From: Clostridia bacterium
Lineage (GTDB): Bacteria; Bacillota; Clostridia; Oscillospirales; CAG-272
Direction: 5' to 3'
Length of the DNA stretch: 64,000 bases
Assembly (NCBI GenBank): GCA_017403155.1
Contig: JAFQOP010000014.1
Span: 15,270 to 79,269 of the forward strand
Shown here: piece by piece, positions 28,433 to 38,014 of the stretch
Position numbering within the stretch: position 1 is the stretch's first letter
How the letters are laid out: every line of letters starts with the position of its first letter
Position numbers and translations under genes: made by a program
The notes under the pieces: generated by a model
Seen by the model: only the letters and a program-made list of their open reading frames with translations
Database searches by the model: none
Told to the model about the DNA's origin: nothing

Positions 28433-29488
28433 TTACTTGGTTTTCTTGATGCCTTCCCACACACCGTAGAGATATGTGGCACCAAGCGCTCTGTCATAAA
28501 GTCCGTATCCGGGCTTGCCGTCCTCGCCCCAGATGTTTCTGCCGTGGTCAGGACGTGTATAGCCCTCAAAGCCATTGTCGGCAAGCGCTTTCAGAATGCC
28601 GTATATATCAAGAGAACCGAATTCGGTGGGGTGGGGAGACTCATTGAAGAAGAGCCGTCCGTCGTCCGTCTTCTCGAATTTGATATTTCTTGCGTGGAGG
28701 AAGTGGACTCTGTCCATAGCGGCATATTTGCCTGCCATCTTAACAAGATCGTTATCCCTCGATGCGCCAAGAGAGCCTGTGCAAAGTGTTATGCCGTTGT
28801 ACTTTGAATCAACGGCGGCAAAGAGCTTGTCGATGCCTGCCTCACCGGTAATAATTCTGGGCAGACCAAAGAGGCTCCACGGCGGATCGTCGGGATGCAC
28901 CGCCATCTTAACGTCGCACTCCTCGCATACGGGAATAATCTTCTTAAGGAAGTATACCATATTGTCGAAGAGCTTGTTCTCATCCACGGATTCGTAGCGC
29001 GCGAGAAGCGCATCCAGCTCCTCCTTGGTATAGCTCTCGTCCCAGCCGGGAAGGGAAAGTGTCTGCTTCTTGGGGTTAAGTCCGTCGATTGTTCGCTGGT
29101 CATATGCCAGACAGTTGGAGCCGTCTGCAGTCTTATATTTGAGCTCCGAGCGCACCCAGTCGAATACGGGCATAAAGTTGTAGCATATAACCTTGACGCC
29201 TGCTTTTCCAAGATTGCGGATAGTCTGGATATAGTTGTCGATAAGCGCATCACGCTTGTCCGAGCCGAGCTTGATTTCCTCGTGGACGGGCACGCTCTCG
29301 ATAACCTCCATTTCCAGCCCTGCGGCATTTACCATGTCGCGCAGCTTGAGAATAGAGTCGAGGTCCCACACCTCTCCTACCGGAATTGTGTACAGTGCGG
29401 TTACGACACCGGTAATCCCGGGAATTTGTCTGATGCTTTCCAGGGAGACGGGGTCGGTCGGACCGTACCATCTGAACGTCATTTTCAT
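28433..29488 (-). CDS. uxuA: Mannonate dehydratase
   Basis: MKMTFRWYG, ESVPVHE, CYNFMPVFDW, HPDDPP, RPDHG and PGYGLYDRALG. Confidence 0.97.
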   Translation of the reverse strand: MKMTFRWYGPTDPVSLESIRQIPGITGVVTALYTIPVGEVWDLDSILKLRDMVNAAGLEMEVIESVPVHEEIKLGSDKRDALIDNYIQTIRNLGKAGVKVICYNFMPVFDWVRSELKYKTADGSNCLAYDQRTIDGLNPKKQTLSLPGWDESYTKEELDALLARYESVDENKLFDNMVYFLKKIIPVCEECDVKMAVHPDDPPWSLFGLPRIITGEAGIDKLFAAVDSKYNGITLCTGSLGASRDNDLVKMAGKYAAMDRVHFLHARNIKFEKTDDGRLFFNESPHPTEFGSLDIYGILKALADNGFEGYTRPDHGRNIWGEDGKPGYGLYDRALGATYLYGVWEGIKKTK

Positions 29489-29515
29489 AATCGTGTCTTC
29501 CTTTTTTATTTTTTG

Positions 29516-30517
29516 TTATATTAGTGTATCCGTATCGTTTGATTTATATGCCGCAAGCAGGATTTTCAGTGCGTGCTTTGCCTCCTCCAGTGGCACGGGG
29601 CTTTTCTTGCCCTCGGTGATAGCATCGTAGAACAAGTCGATGAGAGCAACGTGCCCGTTGCCGTAACACTTTTTTCCAACGTAGTTATCTTCATTCTCAA
29701 AGCAGGTTGTAACACCGTCGATTGTGATGTTTGGCAGATTTATTATCACGTGATGATTCTTGCTGCGGAGAGTTACCGTTGTGTCATCGGTACCGAGGGA
29801 GCTTGTAGTGGCATAGAAGTTTGCAACGCCGCGCTCAAAGCGGATAACGCCCTCGCAGCTGTCTTCCACGTCTATTACACCCTTGAGGTGGTGATTTGCC
29901 GTTGTGGCACAGACCGCACTAGGCTTCCCGAGGAACAGTGTCAGCATATCGAGCGAGTGTATCGCTTGGTTTATCATAACACCGCCGCCCTCGGTTGCGC
30001 GTTTACCGCGCCAGCCCGAGCTTACGTAATATTTCTCGTCCCTTTTCCAGAAAAGAGAGAAGTGTGCGGATGTTGCACCTCCGTCTGCTTCAAGAGTCTC
30101 CTTCGCCAGCTTTACAGCACTTGTAAAGCGGTTCTGGAAGCATACGCAAACGGTTGCCTTGCTTTTCTTCTCCGCCACAATAAGGCTCTCAATCTCCTCC
30201 TCGGAGATGCACATGGGCTTCTCGAGGAATACGTTGATGTCTCGCTCCAGCGCTGCTATCGTCATAGGTGCGTGGAGATAATGCGGTGTTGCGATATGTA
30301 CTGCATCAAGCGAAAGCTCCGCGAGCATTTTGTAGTAGTCAGTATATATTCCGACACCTTCAAGAGAATATTTCTGTGCCATCTCTTTGCTTCTCTCGCT
30401 AACAGTATCGCACAGCGCAACCACGCGCACGTTTTTCATTGAAGTTAATGCGTTCAGATGATTGGGCGCTATTGTGCCGCAACCAACCAAAGCTACGTTA
30501 AAGATTTTGCTTTTCAT
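29516..30517 (-). CDS. Gfo/Idh/MocA oxidoreductase (sugar 3-dehydrogenase-like)
   Basis: VGCGTIA, ATPHYLH, EKP, FQNRF and WRG..ATEGGGVMINQAIH.LD. Confidence 0.9.
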   Translation of the reverse strand: MKSKIFNVALVGCGTIAPNHLNALTSMKNVRVVALCDTVSERSKEMAQKYSLEGVGIYTDYYKMLAELSLDAVHIATPHYLHAPMTIAALERDINVFLEKPMCISEEEIESLIVAEKKSKATVCVCFQNRFTSAVKLAKETLEADGGATSAHFSLFWKRDEKYYVSSGWRGKRATEGGGVMINQAIHSLDMLTLFLGKPSAVCATTANHHLKGVIDVEDSCEGVIRFERGVANFYATTSSLGTDDTTVTLRSKNHHVIINLPNITIDGVTTCFENEDNYVGKKCYGNGHVALIDLFYDAITEGKKSPVPLEEAKHALKILLAAYKSNDTDTLI

Positions 30518-30523
30518 ATCGTT

Positions 30524-31678
30524 TTACTGAGATGCTACGACGTCGTCGTTAGCCGTTGCACGGGGCTTGGATACAGCTATGCGCTTTTTAAGCTCCTCAT
30601 AGAAGAAACCGTCGTCGAAGGGAAGGGTAACGTCCTTGTTTATCCAGGTTGAAAGAAGCATCGCGTTTGCCAGCTCAACTCCGTGGATGCCGTCGCTTGC
30701 AGGAGCATAAACGTCCTCAAGACCGAGTATTGCATTTGCAATATTGTTGCATATGCCTACGTGCTGGGAGTTTTCACCCTCAAGCTCTACCTCGACGGTA
30801 GGAAGAGCCTCGGGCGCTGCGAAGCCGCTCTTGGCAGCATAGCAGTGCTCTCGCTCGTCAACCTTGAGCTCCTTGTAGAAGAGCTTGTCATCCTCAAAAA
30901 AAAGGGTACCCTTAGTTCCCGTAACCTCAAAGCGGTTGGTGCCGGGGGCGTCGGCAGTCGTTGTTATAAATACGCCGGTTGCTCCGTTTGGATACTCGCA
31001 GTAGCAGGTAACGTCGTCCTCTACCTCGATATCATGCCACTTTCCGAAATGGCAGAACGCGCGCACCTTTGTCGGCATCATTCCGACAATCCACTGGAAG
31101 AGGTCGAGCTGGTGGGGAGCCTGATTGTAGAGAACTCCGCCGCCCTCTCCCGCCCAGGTTGCACGCCATGAGCCGGTGTCGTAGTAGTACTGTGTGCGGT
31201 ACCAGGTTGTGATAATCCAGTTAGTTCTCTTAACCTCACCAATCCTGCCGTCCTTTATCATCTGTCTCATCTTCTTGAAAGCAGGGTTTGTTCTCTGATT
31301 AAACATTATGCCCAGGATTTTGTCCGAGTTTTTTGTTTTTTCGAGCATTTCGCGCACCTGAAGAGTATAGACGCCGGCAGGCTTCTCCACGATACAGTGA
31401 TGACCCGTTTCAATAGCTCTCACTGCGAGAGTAGGGTGGCTGTAGTGGGGGGTGCAAATCATAATGACGTCGCATGTGCCGGATGCAAAGAGCTCCTCGG
31501 AATCGGTGTAGTAGCTTATACCCTCGCTCTGAAGCTTTTTGACGATTTCAAACTTCTTTGTGTTTATGTCGCAAATGGCGGTAAGGATACCGTTCTCGAT
31601 CTTTCCTTCGATGAGATGCTTTGCGTGGCTTGAGCCCATATTACCGCATCCGATAATACCAAATCTTACTTTTTCCAT
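30524..31678 (-). CDS. Gfo/Idh/MocA oxidoreductase
   Basis: IGCGNMG, TPHYSH, EKPAGVY, FNQR and WRATWAGEGGGVLYNQAPHQLD. Confidence 0.9.
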   Translation of the reverse strand: MEKVRFGIIGCGNMGSSHAKHLIEGKIENGILTAICDINTKKFEIVKKLQSEGISYYTDSEELFASGTCDVIMICTPHYSHPTLAVRAIETGHHCIVEKPAGVYTLQVREMLEKTKNSDKILGIMFNQRTNPAFKKMRQMIKDGRIGEVKRTNWIITTWYRTQYYYDTGSWRATWAGEGGGVLYNQAPHQLDLFQWIVGMMPTKVRAFCHFGKWHDIEVEDDVTCYCEYPNGATGVFITTTADAPGTNRFEVTGTKGTLFFEDDKLFYKELKVDEREHCYAAKSGFAAPEALPTVEVELEGENSQHVGICNNIANAILGLEDVYAPASDGIHGVELANAMLLSTWINKDVTLPFDDGFFYEELKKRIAVSKPRATANDDVVASQ

Positions 31679-32547
31679 GTTCCTACCTCAGTCTCCTTGT
31701 ATCCATGTTTTGTGAGCAGTGCCTTGAGTGCATTTGTTGCAAAGTCGAATGACTCGCGCGTTGTAGCGAAGACGCGGGTGTTCCTAAGCTCGTGCGTGTC
31801 TATTGTTTTGTATGCCTCGAATGCGTTCAGGTGCGGCTCCAGCGTGAGGTACACGACCTCGTTCGATTTGTCATTTACGATATCAATAACCTCACCTATT
31901 CTTCCTTCGCCCTCGCCGGCGGGGAGTATCGTCTGCGTTTTGTATTCAGCGTCCTTGATATGAAGATATGCGAGATTTATCAGTGTTGCATTTATTCCCT
32001 CGATAACATCTGCGTTGTTCATTCGGTAATTGGCAGGGTCAAAGATTCCATACAGACCGTCAACGGTAGTGAGAAGATCCTTTACCTCCTCGGGCATCTG
32101 ACCGTATATAAGCGATTCGTTCTCGTGGCAGAGAAGAATACCCTCTGCCTTTGCCATCTCCACCATGACAGAAAGGCGCCTTATGACCTCATCTCTCTTC
32201 TCGACGAGCGAGTCCTGTCCGACGAAGAAGGAGAACATTCTTATTTTGTCTGTTCCGAGCGCTTTTGCTACCTCGAGCGCTCTTTTGAATTTTTCAAGAT
32301 GCTCTTCAAACGGAGCATCAATGTCATACTTGCCAATCGGAGAGCCGAGGGCGTTTACCTTAATTCCGTTTTCTGCAAGAGCCTTTGCCATTTGAGAAAG
32401 CTCTGCGTCGGTGAGGTCTAGTATTCCCTTGCCGTTTACAAATCTAGGTTCAATAAATTTTATTCCGTTTTCCTTCAGCGCGATTATCTGCTCGTCGAGC
32501 GTGGCGCCTGCCTCGTCCGCAAAAGCGGACAGCTTGAATGTTGCCAT
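31666..32547 (-). CDS. Xylose-isomerase-like TIM barrel (sugar phosphate isomerase/epimerase family)
   Basis: SAFADE, GSPIGK, IRMFSF, HENE, FDPANY, HIKD and LEPHL. Confidence 0.9.
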   Translation of the reverse strand: MATFKLSAFADEAGATLDEQIIALKENGIKFIEPRFVNGKGILDLTDAELSQMAKALAENGIKVNALGSPIGKYDIDAPFEEHLEKFKRALEVAKALGTDKIRMFSFFVGQDSLVEKRDEVIRRLSVMVEMAKAEGILLCHENESLIYGQMPEEVKDLLTTVDGLYGIFDPANYRMNNADVIEGINATLINLAYLHIKDAEYKTQTILPAGEGEGRIGEVIDIVNDKSNEVVYLTLEPHLNAFEAYKTIDTHELRNTRVFATTRESFDFATNALKALLTKHGYKETEVGTWKK

Positions 32548-32557
32548 TGCTGTTTCC

Positions 32558-33319
32558 TCACTTTCTGATTATAGGATTCAGATGCTTGTAGCTTCTTTCC
32601 ATCTGCTCGATGGGGTTGGGGAAGTCGGGGGCGTTGTCCTGCTCAACGTATATTTCATTAATACCAACCTCCTTACAGCAGGATGCGAGAAGGGCAAAAT
32701 CTATAGCTCCGTCTCCGCAGGCACATATCGGTCCTTTTGGCAGCTCCTTCATATCCTTGAAATGAATATGCTTCATTCTTCCGCTTTCCGCAAAGAGCCT
32801 TATGTATTTTACGGGATCGGCGCCTGCATAGGTGCTCCAATACACGTCGTGGATAAAATCCATATCGGTCATTTCGTTTATAAGGAAGTCATAAATCATA
32901 ACTCCGTCCACCGATTCAAACTCAAAGGCATGATTGTGATATGCAAAGCGTAGCCCCGCGTCCCTTATCATTTTAATCGGCTCTGTGAGCTTCTCCTTGA
33001 ATGCCTTTATGCCCTCATAGCTTTTTTGATACTCGAGGGGCATAGCACCAAGTCCTATTGTATCACAGCCGATTGCCTTATGGTAGTCAATTGACCGTGC
33101 GGTGTTGGTAATAATTTCGTCAAACGGACGGTGGGTGCAGCCAACGGGCAGGGAATACTCTCGGCTTATCTCGGCAAGATAATCTGCCTCAAGAGGGCAG
33201 ATTCCGGAGAGCTGAACTCCCTCGTAACCGATATCTCTGAGACGGTGAAATGTATTCCGCGTATTCTCCGGTGTGTCGCATACTGTTCTTAACGAATATA
33301 GCTGTGCGTTAATTTTCAT
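32558..33319 (-). CDS. Xylose-isomerase-like TIM barrel (sugar phosphate isomerase/epimerase family)
   Basis: AQLYSLR, YHNHAFEF, DVYW, HFKD and VEQD. Confidence 0.9.
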   Translation of the reverse strand: MKINAQLYSLRTVCDTPENTRNTFHRLRDIGYEGVQLSGICPLEADYLAEISREYSLPVGCTHRPFDEIITNTARSIDYHKAIGCDTIGLGAMPLEYQKSYEGIKAFKEKLTEPIKMIRDAGLRFAYHNHAFEFESVDGVMIYDFLINEMTDMDFIHDVYWSTYAGADPVKYIRLFAESGRMKHIHFKDMKELPKGPICACGDGAIDFALLASCCKEVGINEIYVEQDNAPDFPNPIEQMERSYKHLNPIIRK

Positions 33320-33354
33320 AAAGGAATACCTCTTGTATATTTAATTACAAATCA

Positions 33355-33454
33355 ATTTTAACATAATGATTTTCTAAGTTCAATATTTTTAAAAAAAAAA
33401 TTCATTGCGACCCTTGCGAAAACTATTGCAAAACTTGTCGTGATGTGCTAAAAT
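33355..33454. promoter_or_regulatory. Divergent sigma-A promoters (sugar operon / araC-family gene)
   Basis: Minus: TTGAAC-N17-TAAAAT (33355-33383). Plus: TTGCAA-N17-TAAAAT (33426-33454). Confidence 0.6.
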
Positions 33455-33501
33455 ATACGATGTATAGTTATGCATAGGTATAAAAGGAAGGAGGGAGAGC
33501 T

Positions 33502-34323
33502 ATGGATGGAACGATGATTGCAGAGGGAAACACCTTTTTTCTCCGCAAGCGAGTAGAGGTAGACCGTGAAGCGTTGAGCCTAACGCACTGTCATGATAAA
33601 TATGAGATCATCTACGTTGCCGAGGGCGAGGGAAAATTCATCGTAGAAGGTATAGAATATCCGATAAAGCCGCGCACTCTGATGGTTTTTGCTCCTCTTT
33701 CGTATCACTGTGTATGTATTGATTCGGGCTCTGCCTTTGAGAGATACGTTATTCATTTTGACAAGGACGTTGTTCTCTCGGAGGCAAAGGCGGCATTCGA
33801 GTCGCTTAATGACCTTGCCAGAGTTGCAGGCGCGTTCTATGCTCCCGAGGCGGTATCAAATCAGGTGATTGCTATATTTGAGAGGCTTGAGGGCTACGGC
33901 TCTCTGCCCGAGCACGAAAGAACTGTGTTTACCCGCTTTGCCGTGTCAGAGCTTATAATGCATCTCTCTCTTTCATACTCCGAGCTTTATCTGCGCGACG
34001 ACGGAGAGCTTGGTGCCAGGGTTATAAAGTATCTTAACCAGAACATGGACAGGGATATCCCGCTTGATACATTGGCAAAGCGCTTCTTCGTCAGCAAGTA
34101 TTATCTGTGCCGCGCGTTCAAAAAGCATAACGGCATATCCGTGCACGGATACATAAACAGAAAGCGCATAATGTATGCCAAGCAGCTGATAGAGGCAGGA
34201 GAGACCGCATCTATGGCAGCATATAGAGTCGGCTTTGGCGACTATTCTGCATTCTACCGTGCATATGTAAAAATAGTCGGCAAGTCACCGACGCAGTCGA
34301 AGGAGGTAAAGGTGGATGAATGA
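33502..34323 (+). CDS. AraC family transcriptional regulator
   Basis: Cupin motif HCHDKYEI; HTH LAKRFFVSKYYLCRAFKK and VGFGDYSAFYRAY. Confidence 0.95.
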   Translation: MDGTMIAEGNTFFLRKRVEVDREALSLTHCHDKYEIIYVAEGEGKFIVEGIEYPIKPRTLMVFAPLSYHCVCIDSGSAFERYVIHFDKDVVLSEAKAAFESLNDLARVAGAFYAPEAVSNQVIAIFERLEGYGSLPEHERTVFTRFAVSELIMHLSLSYSELYLRDDGELGARVIKYLNQNMDRDIPLDTLAKRFFVSKYYLCRAFKKHNGISVHGYINRKRIMYAKQLIEAGETASMAAYRVGFGDYSAFYRAYVKIVGKSPTQSKEVKVDE

Positions 34324-36184
34324 CGGTATACTCAATTCTATAAACTCTCCCGAGGACGTAAAAAATCTTTCCGAGGATAAGATCCCCACTCTTTGCGACG
34401 AAATCAGAGAATTCCTTATTAACAATATTGAAAAAAGCGGTGGTCACCTTGCTTCCAATCTTGGTGTGACGGAGCTTACGGTTGCGCTTCACAGGGTTTT
34501 TGATTCTCCGCGAGATCGCATTATATTCGACGTAGGTCATCAGTCGTACGTGCATAAGCTGCTGACGGGCAGACGTGATGCCTTCTCCACCCTGAGGACT
34601 ACGGGAGGGCTGTCGGGCTTTACCAAAACTAGCGAGAGCGAGCATGACCCGTTTGGTGCGGGGCACAGCTCCACCTCTGTATCGGCGGCGCTTGGTTTTG
34701 CAGAAGCAAACGTACTTTCGGGCTCCGACGCATACACCGTTGCAGTGCTTGGCGACGGTGCGTATACCGGCGGTATGGTTCACGAGGCTCTCAACAACTG
34801 CCGTCCTGAGCTCAAGCTGGTGATAGTTCTTAACGAAAACGGTCTTTCTATATCCCTTAACAAGGGCTCATTTGCGAGCTATCTATCGAGTGTCCGTATA
34901 TCGAAGGGATATAGAAAGTGGAAGGAAAATACCAATTCCATATTCTCAAGGATTCCGCTTATAGGCAAGCCCATCAAGCGCTTTTTGACCTTTGTCAAGA
35001 AAAAGTTCAAGAGCCTTTTCTTCTCCTCAAACTATTTTGAGGATCTCGGACTTTACTACCTCGGACCCATCGACGGCAACGATTACAAGAAGGTAGAGCG
35101 AGCACTGAAGCGTGCAAAGAACCTGGGTGAGTGTGTTATCGTTCACGTTAAGACGGTCAAGGGCAAGGGCTATGAGCCTGCTGAAAGGTCTCCCGATAAT
35201 TTCCACAGCGTTTATTCAAGCAAGGCGAGCGAAAGCACCTTCCACTCACATTTAGTGGACAAGCTCATATCTCTTGCAAGCGAGGACAAGTCCGTTGCGG
35301 GCATTACTGCAGCTATGGGAATAGGCACGGGGCTTGACCGCTTTGGCGAGATTTACCCCGACAGATATTATGACGTCGGCATTGCAGAGGGGCATGCTCT
35401 TACCTTTTCAGCCGGGCTTGCTGCTGCGGGAGTGAAGCCCTTTGCGGCAATATATTCCACCTTCCTTCAGCGCGGCTACGACAGCATTGTCCACGATATT
35501 GCATTGCAGAATTTGCCGGTAAGAATGATGATAGACAGGGCAGGACTTGCGGTTGGCGACGGTGCAACGCATCACGGCATTTTTGACGTATCCTTCCTCT
35601 CCCATATTCCAAATATGACTGTAATCTCTCCTGCGAGCTACCGCGCGCTTGATATGGCTATCGAATATGCGTATAATGCCAATAGTCCTGTTGCGGTGCG
35701 TTATCCCAATACCGCAGAGAGTGAGGACGTAGCGCGCGCCTTTTATTCGTATGAAGGAGAGCGAGAGCTTGGTGCTGTCGCAGATTTTGATGCAGGCAAT
35801 GCTGCGGAGTATGTATTTATTACATACGGCTCACTTGCACCGCGCGTTCTTCGTGCAGAGCAGCTCCTGAGGGAGAGGGGATATAATGCAGGAACAGTCC
35901 TCCTTGAGGTTCTCAAGCCCTATGACAGATGTGCCGAGGCACTTCTACCGTATCTTGGAGGTGCTCGCCGCATCCTCTTTGCCGAGGAGGGAATTCTGTC
36001 CGGTGGCGCGGCAGTTTCTTTGCGTGAGGAGCTTATAAAGAGAGGCTTTGACTTTGAAAGGTGCGAGTATCTCATATCTGCAATAGACGACAATTTTGCA
36101 TCTCCAGACACACCCTGTGAGCTGTATGATTACCTCGGGCTCTCTCCCGAAAAGCTCGCAAATAAAATGAGCGATAATATTTAA
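34316..36184 (+). CDS. dxs: 1-deoxy-D-xylulose-5-phosphate synthase
   Basis: GGHLASNLG, DVGHQSY.HK, GAGHSSTS, GDGA, DVGIAE.HA, YSTFLQR and DRAG..VGDG.TH. Confidence 0.96.
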   Translation: MNDGILNSINSPEDVKNLSEDKIPTLCDEIREFLINNIEKSGGHLASNLGVTELTVALHRVFDSPRDRIIFDVGHQSYVHKLLTGRRDAFSTLRTTGGLSGFTKTSESEHDPFGAGHSSTSVSAALGFAEANVLSGSDAYTVAVLGDGAYTGGMVHEALNNCRPELKLVIVLNENGLSISLNKGSFASYLSSVRISKGYRKWKENTNSIFSRIPLIGKPIKRFLTFVKKKFKSLFFSSNYFEDLGLYYLGPIDGNDYKKVERALKRAKNLGECVIVHVKTVKGKGYEPAERSPDNFHSVYSSKASESTFHSHLVDKLISLASEDKSVAGITAAMGIGTGLDRFGEIYPDRYYDVGIAEGHALTFSAGLAAAGVKPFAAIYSTFLQRGYDSIVHDIALQNLPVRMMIDRAGLAVGDGATHHGIFDVSFLSHIPNMTVISPASYRALDMAIEYAYNANSPVAVRYPNTAESEDVARAFYSYEGERELGAVADFDAGNAAEYVFITYGSLAPRVLRAEQLLRERGYNAGTVLLEVLKPYDRCAEALLPYLGGARRILFAEEGILSGGAAVSLREELIKRGFDFERCEYLISAIDDNFASPDTPCELYDYLGLSPEKLANKMSDNI

Positions 36185-36186
36185 AG

Positions 36187-37575
36187 ATGAATTTGAATTT
36201 ACACGAAACAGATACACCTCGGTATATCGAAAGAGTAAAGAAGTATAACGAGGGAAAGAATAAGTATGCCACGGTTATCACCCTTGGCTGTCAGCAGAAC
36301 GAGGCAGATAGCGAAAAGATAAAGGCAATGGCACGTGATATGGGCTATACGCTAACCGATAAGGCTGAGCTGTGCGACCTTATAGTAGTAAACACCTGCG
36401 CTATACGTGAGCATGCGGAGCAGAAGGCGCTGTCGATAGTCGGAAACTTCAAGGCACTGCGCCGCGAAAATCCGGATCTTGTCGTCGGTGTGTGCGGTTG
36501 TATGGCGGCAGAGCCCCACGTGGCAGAGAAAATCAAAAAAAGCTATCATCACGTGAGCTTCACGCTTGAGCCCTCCATGCTCCACAGATTCCCCGAGCTT
36601 GTCTGCCGCACACTGCTTGACAGACGTCGCTCCTTTGTACTCGGTCTTGATGAGGGAGACGTGGTTGAGGGAATGGGCAGTGTCAGACTGTCATCTCACA
36701 AGGCATGGGTGTCGATAATGTACGGCTGCAATAATTTTTGCTCCTACTGTATTGTTCCGTACGTAAGGGGCAGAGAGAGAAGCAGAAAAAGCGAGGATAT
36801 CCTTGCCGAGTGCCGTGAGCTTGTCGGACTTGGATACAAGGAGATAACTCTCCTTGGGCAGAACGTAAATTCCTATCGGGCAGATATATCGTTTCCCGAG
36901 CTTCTGCGCCGTGTTGCCGGGATACCCGGCGATTTTATAGTCAGATTTATGACCAGCCACCCGAAGGATGCTTCCGACGAGCTGATAGCCGTGTTCGGTG
37001 ATTATTCGGGAAAGATTGCTCCATCCTTCCACCTTCCGCTTCAATCGGGCTCAGACCCTATTTTGAAGGCGATGAATCGCACCTACAATAGACAGAGGTA
37101 CCTCGATACGGTGCGAAAAATCCGCGAGGCAGTGCCCGACGTTGCATTGACGAGCGATATTATTGTTGGTTTCCCGGGTGAGACGGACGAGGACTTTGAG
37201 GCAACCCTCGACATCCTTCGTACCGTCAGATTCGATATGGTTTTTTCCTTCAACTACTCCATAAGAGAGGGAACGCGTGCCGCAGGTATGCAAAACCAGG
37301 TGCCCGAGCAGGTAAAAAAGGAGAGAATGACCCGACTTCTCGATATGCAATGCGAGATATCAAGGGAAATTAACGATACTCATCTCGGTAAGACGGAGAG
37401 AGTTATCGTGGATGCGGTAGAGAAAAAGGACGGTGCCGTATTGTATAACGGACGCACCTCGCAAAATAAGCTCGTTCACTTCACCTCGAGCGGCTGTAAA
37501 ATAGGTGATTTTGTAAAAGTAAAAATAACTCGCGCAGGGGCGTTTGACCTCTTTGGCGAGATGGAGGAAATATAA
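36187..37575 (+). CDS. miaB: tRNA-2-methylthio-N6-dimethylallyladenosine synthase
   Basis: TLGCQQN, NTCAIRE, GCM, GCNNFCSYCIVPYVRG and TRAM domain. Confidence 0.95.
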   Translation: MNLNLHETDTPRYIERVKKYNEGKNKYATVITLGCQQNEADSEKIKAMARDMGYTLTDKAELCDLIVVNTCAIREHAEQKALSIVGNFKALRRENPDLVVGVCGCMAAEPHVAEKIKKSYHHVSFTLEPSMLHRFPELVCRTLLDRRRSFVLGLDEGDVVEGMGSVRLSSHKAWVSIMYGCNNFCSYCIVPYVRGRERSRKSEDILAECRELVGLGYKEITLLGQNVNSYRADISFPELLRRVAGIPGDFIVRFMTSHPKDASDELIAVFGDYSGKIAPSFHLPLQSGSDPILKAMNRTYNRQRYLDTVRKIREAVPDVALTSDIIVGFPGETDEDFEATLDILRTVRFDMVFSFNYSIREGTRAAGMQNQVPEQVKKERMTRLLDMQCEISREINDTHLGKTERVIVDAVEKKDGAVLYNGRTSQNKLVHFTSSGCKIGDFVKVKITRAGAFDLFGEMEEI

Positions 37576-37974
37576 ATGACGAAAATAATTGAGCTTGCTC
37601 ATCTTCTCGGTGAGGAGATAGCAAAAAGTGATGAGATCAAGGCACTCGAGACTGCAAAGGCGGCATTCGATGCCGACAAGGACCTTCAGGCGAAGATGAG
37701 CGAATATGAAACCGAGCGTGTGCTCCTTGCGCAGGAGTTTTCCAAGGAGCCCGACCAGGCAGATGCCATAGCTATCGCAAATATAAAGGCAAGACTCGAG
37801 GAGCTTTCGCGCGAGATAAACGTAAATCCTCTTTATATTGCGTTTGCAAATGCGCAGAGAGCTATGAACGAGCTTATGAACGGTGTTAATGCTGAAATAA
37901 AATTCTGCATCACGGGTCAGCGCCCCGACAGCTGCACCCACGATTGCTCGACCTGCGGCGGCTGCTCGCACTGA
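37576..37974 (+). CDS. YlbF/YmcA (RicA/RicF) family protein with a Cys-rich tail
   Basis: Helical protein (LAHLLGEEIAKS) between miaB and mutS; C-terminal CTHDCSTCGGCSH. Confidence 0.85.
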   Translation: MTKIIELAHLLGEEIAKSDEIKALETAKAAFDADKDLQAKMSEYETERVLLAQEFSKEPDQADAIAIANIKARLEELSREINVNPLYIAFANAQRAMNELMNGVNAEIKFCITGQRPDSCTHDCSTCGGCSH

Positions 37975-38014
37975 TTTTTTGAAAACTAGACTTTGAAAGA
38001 GGTTTTTTGATTTT

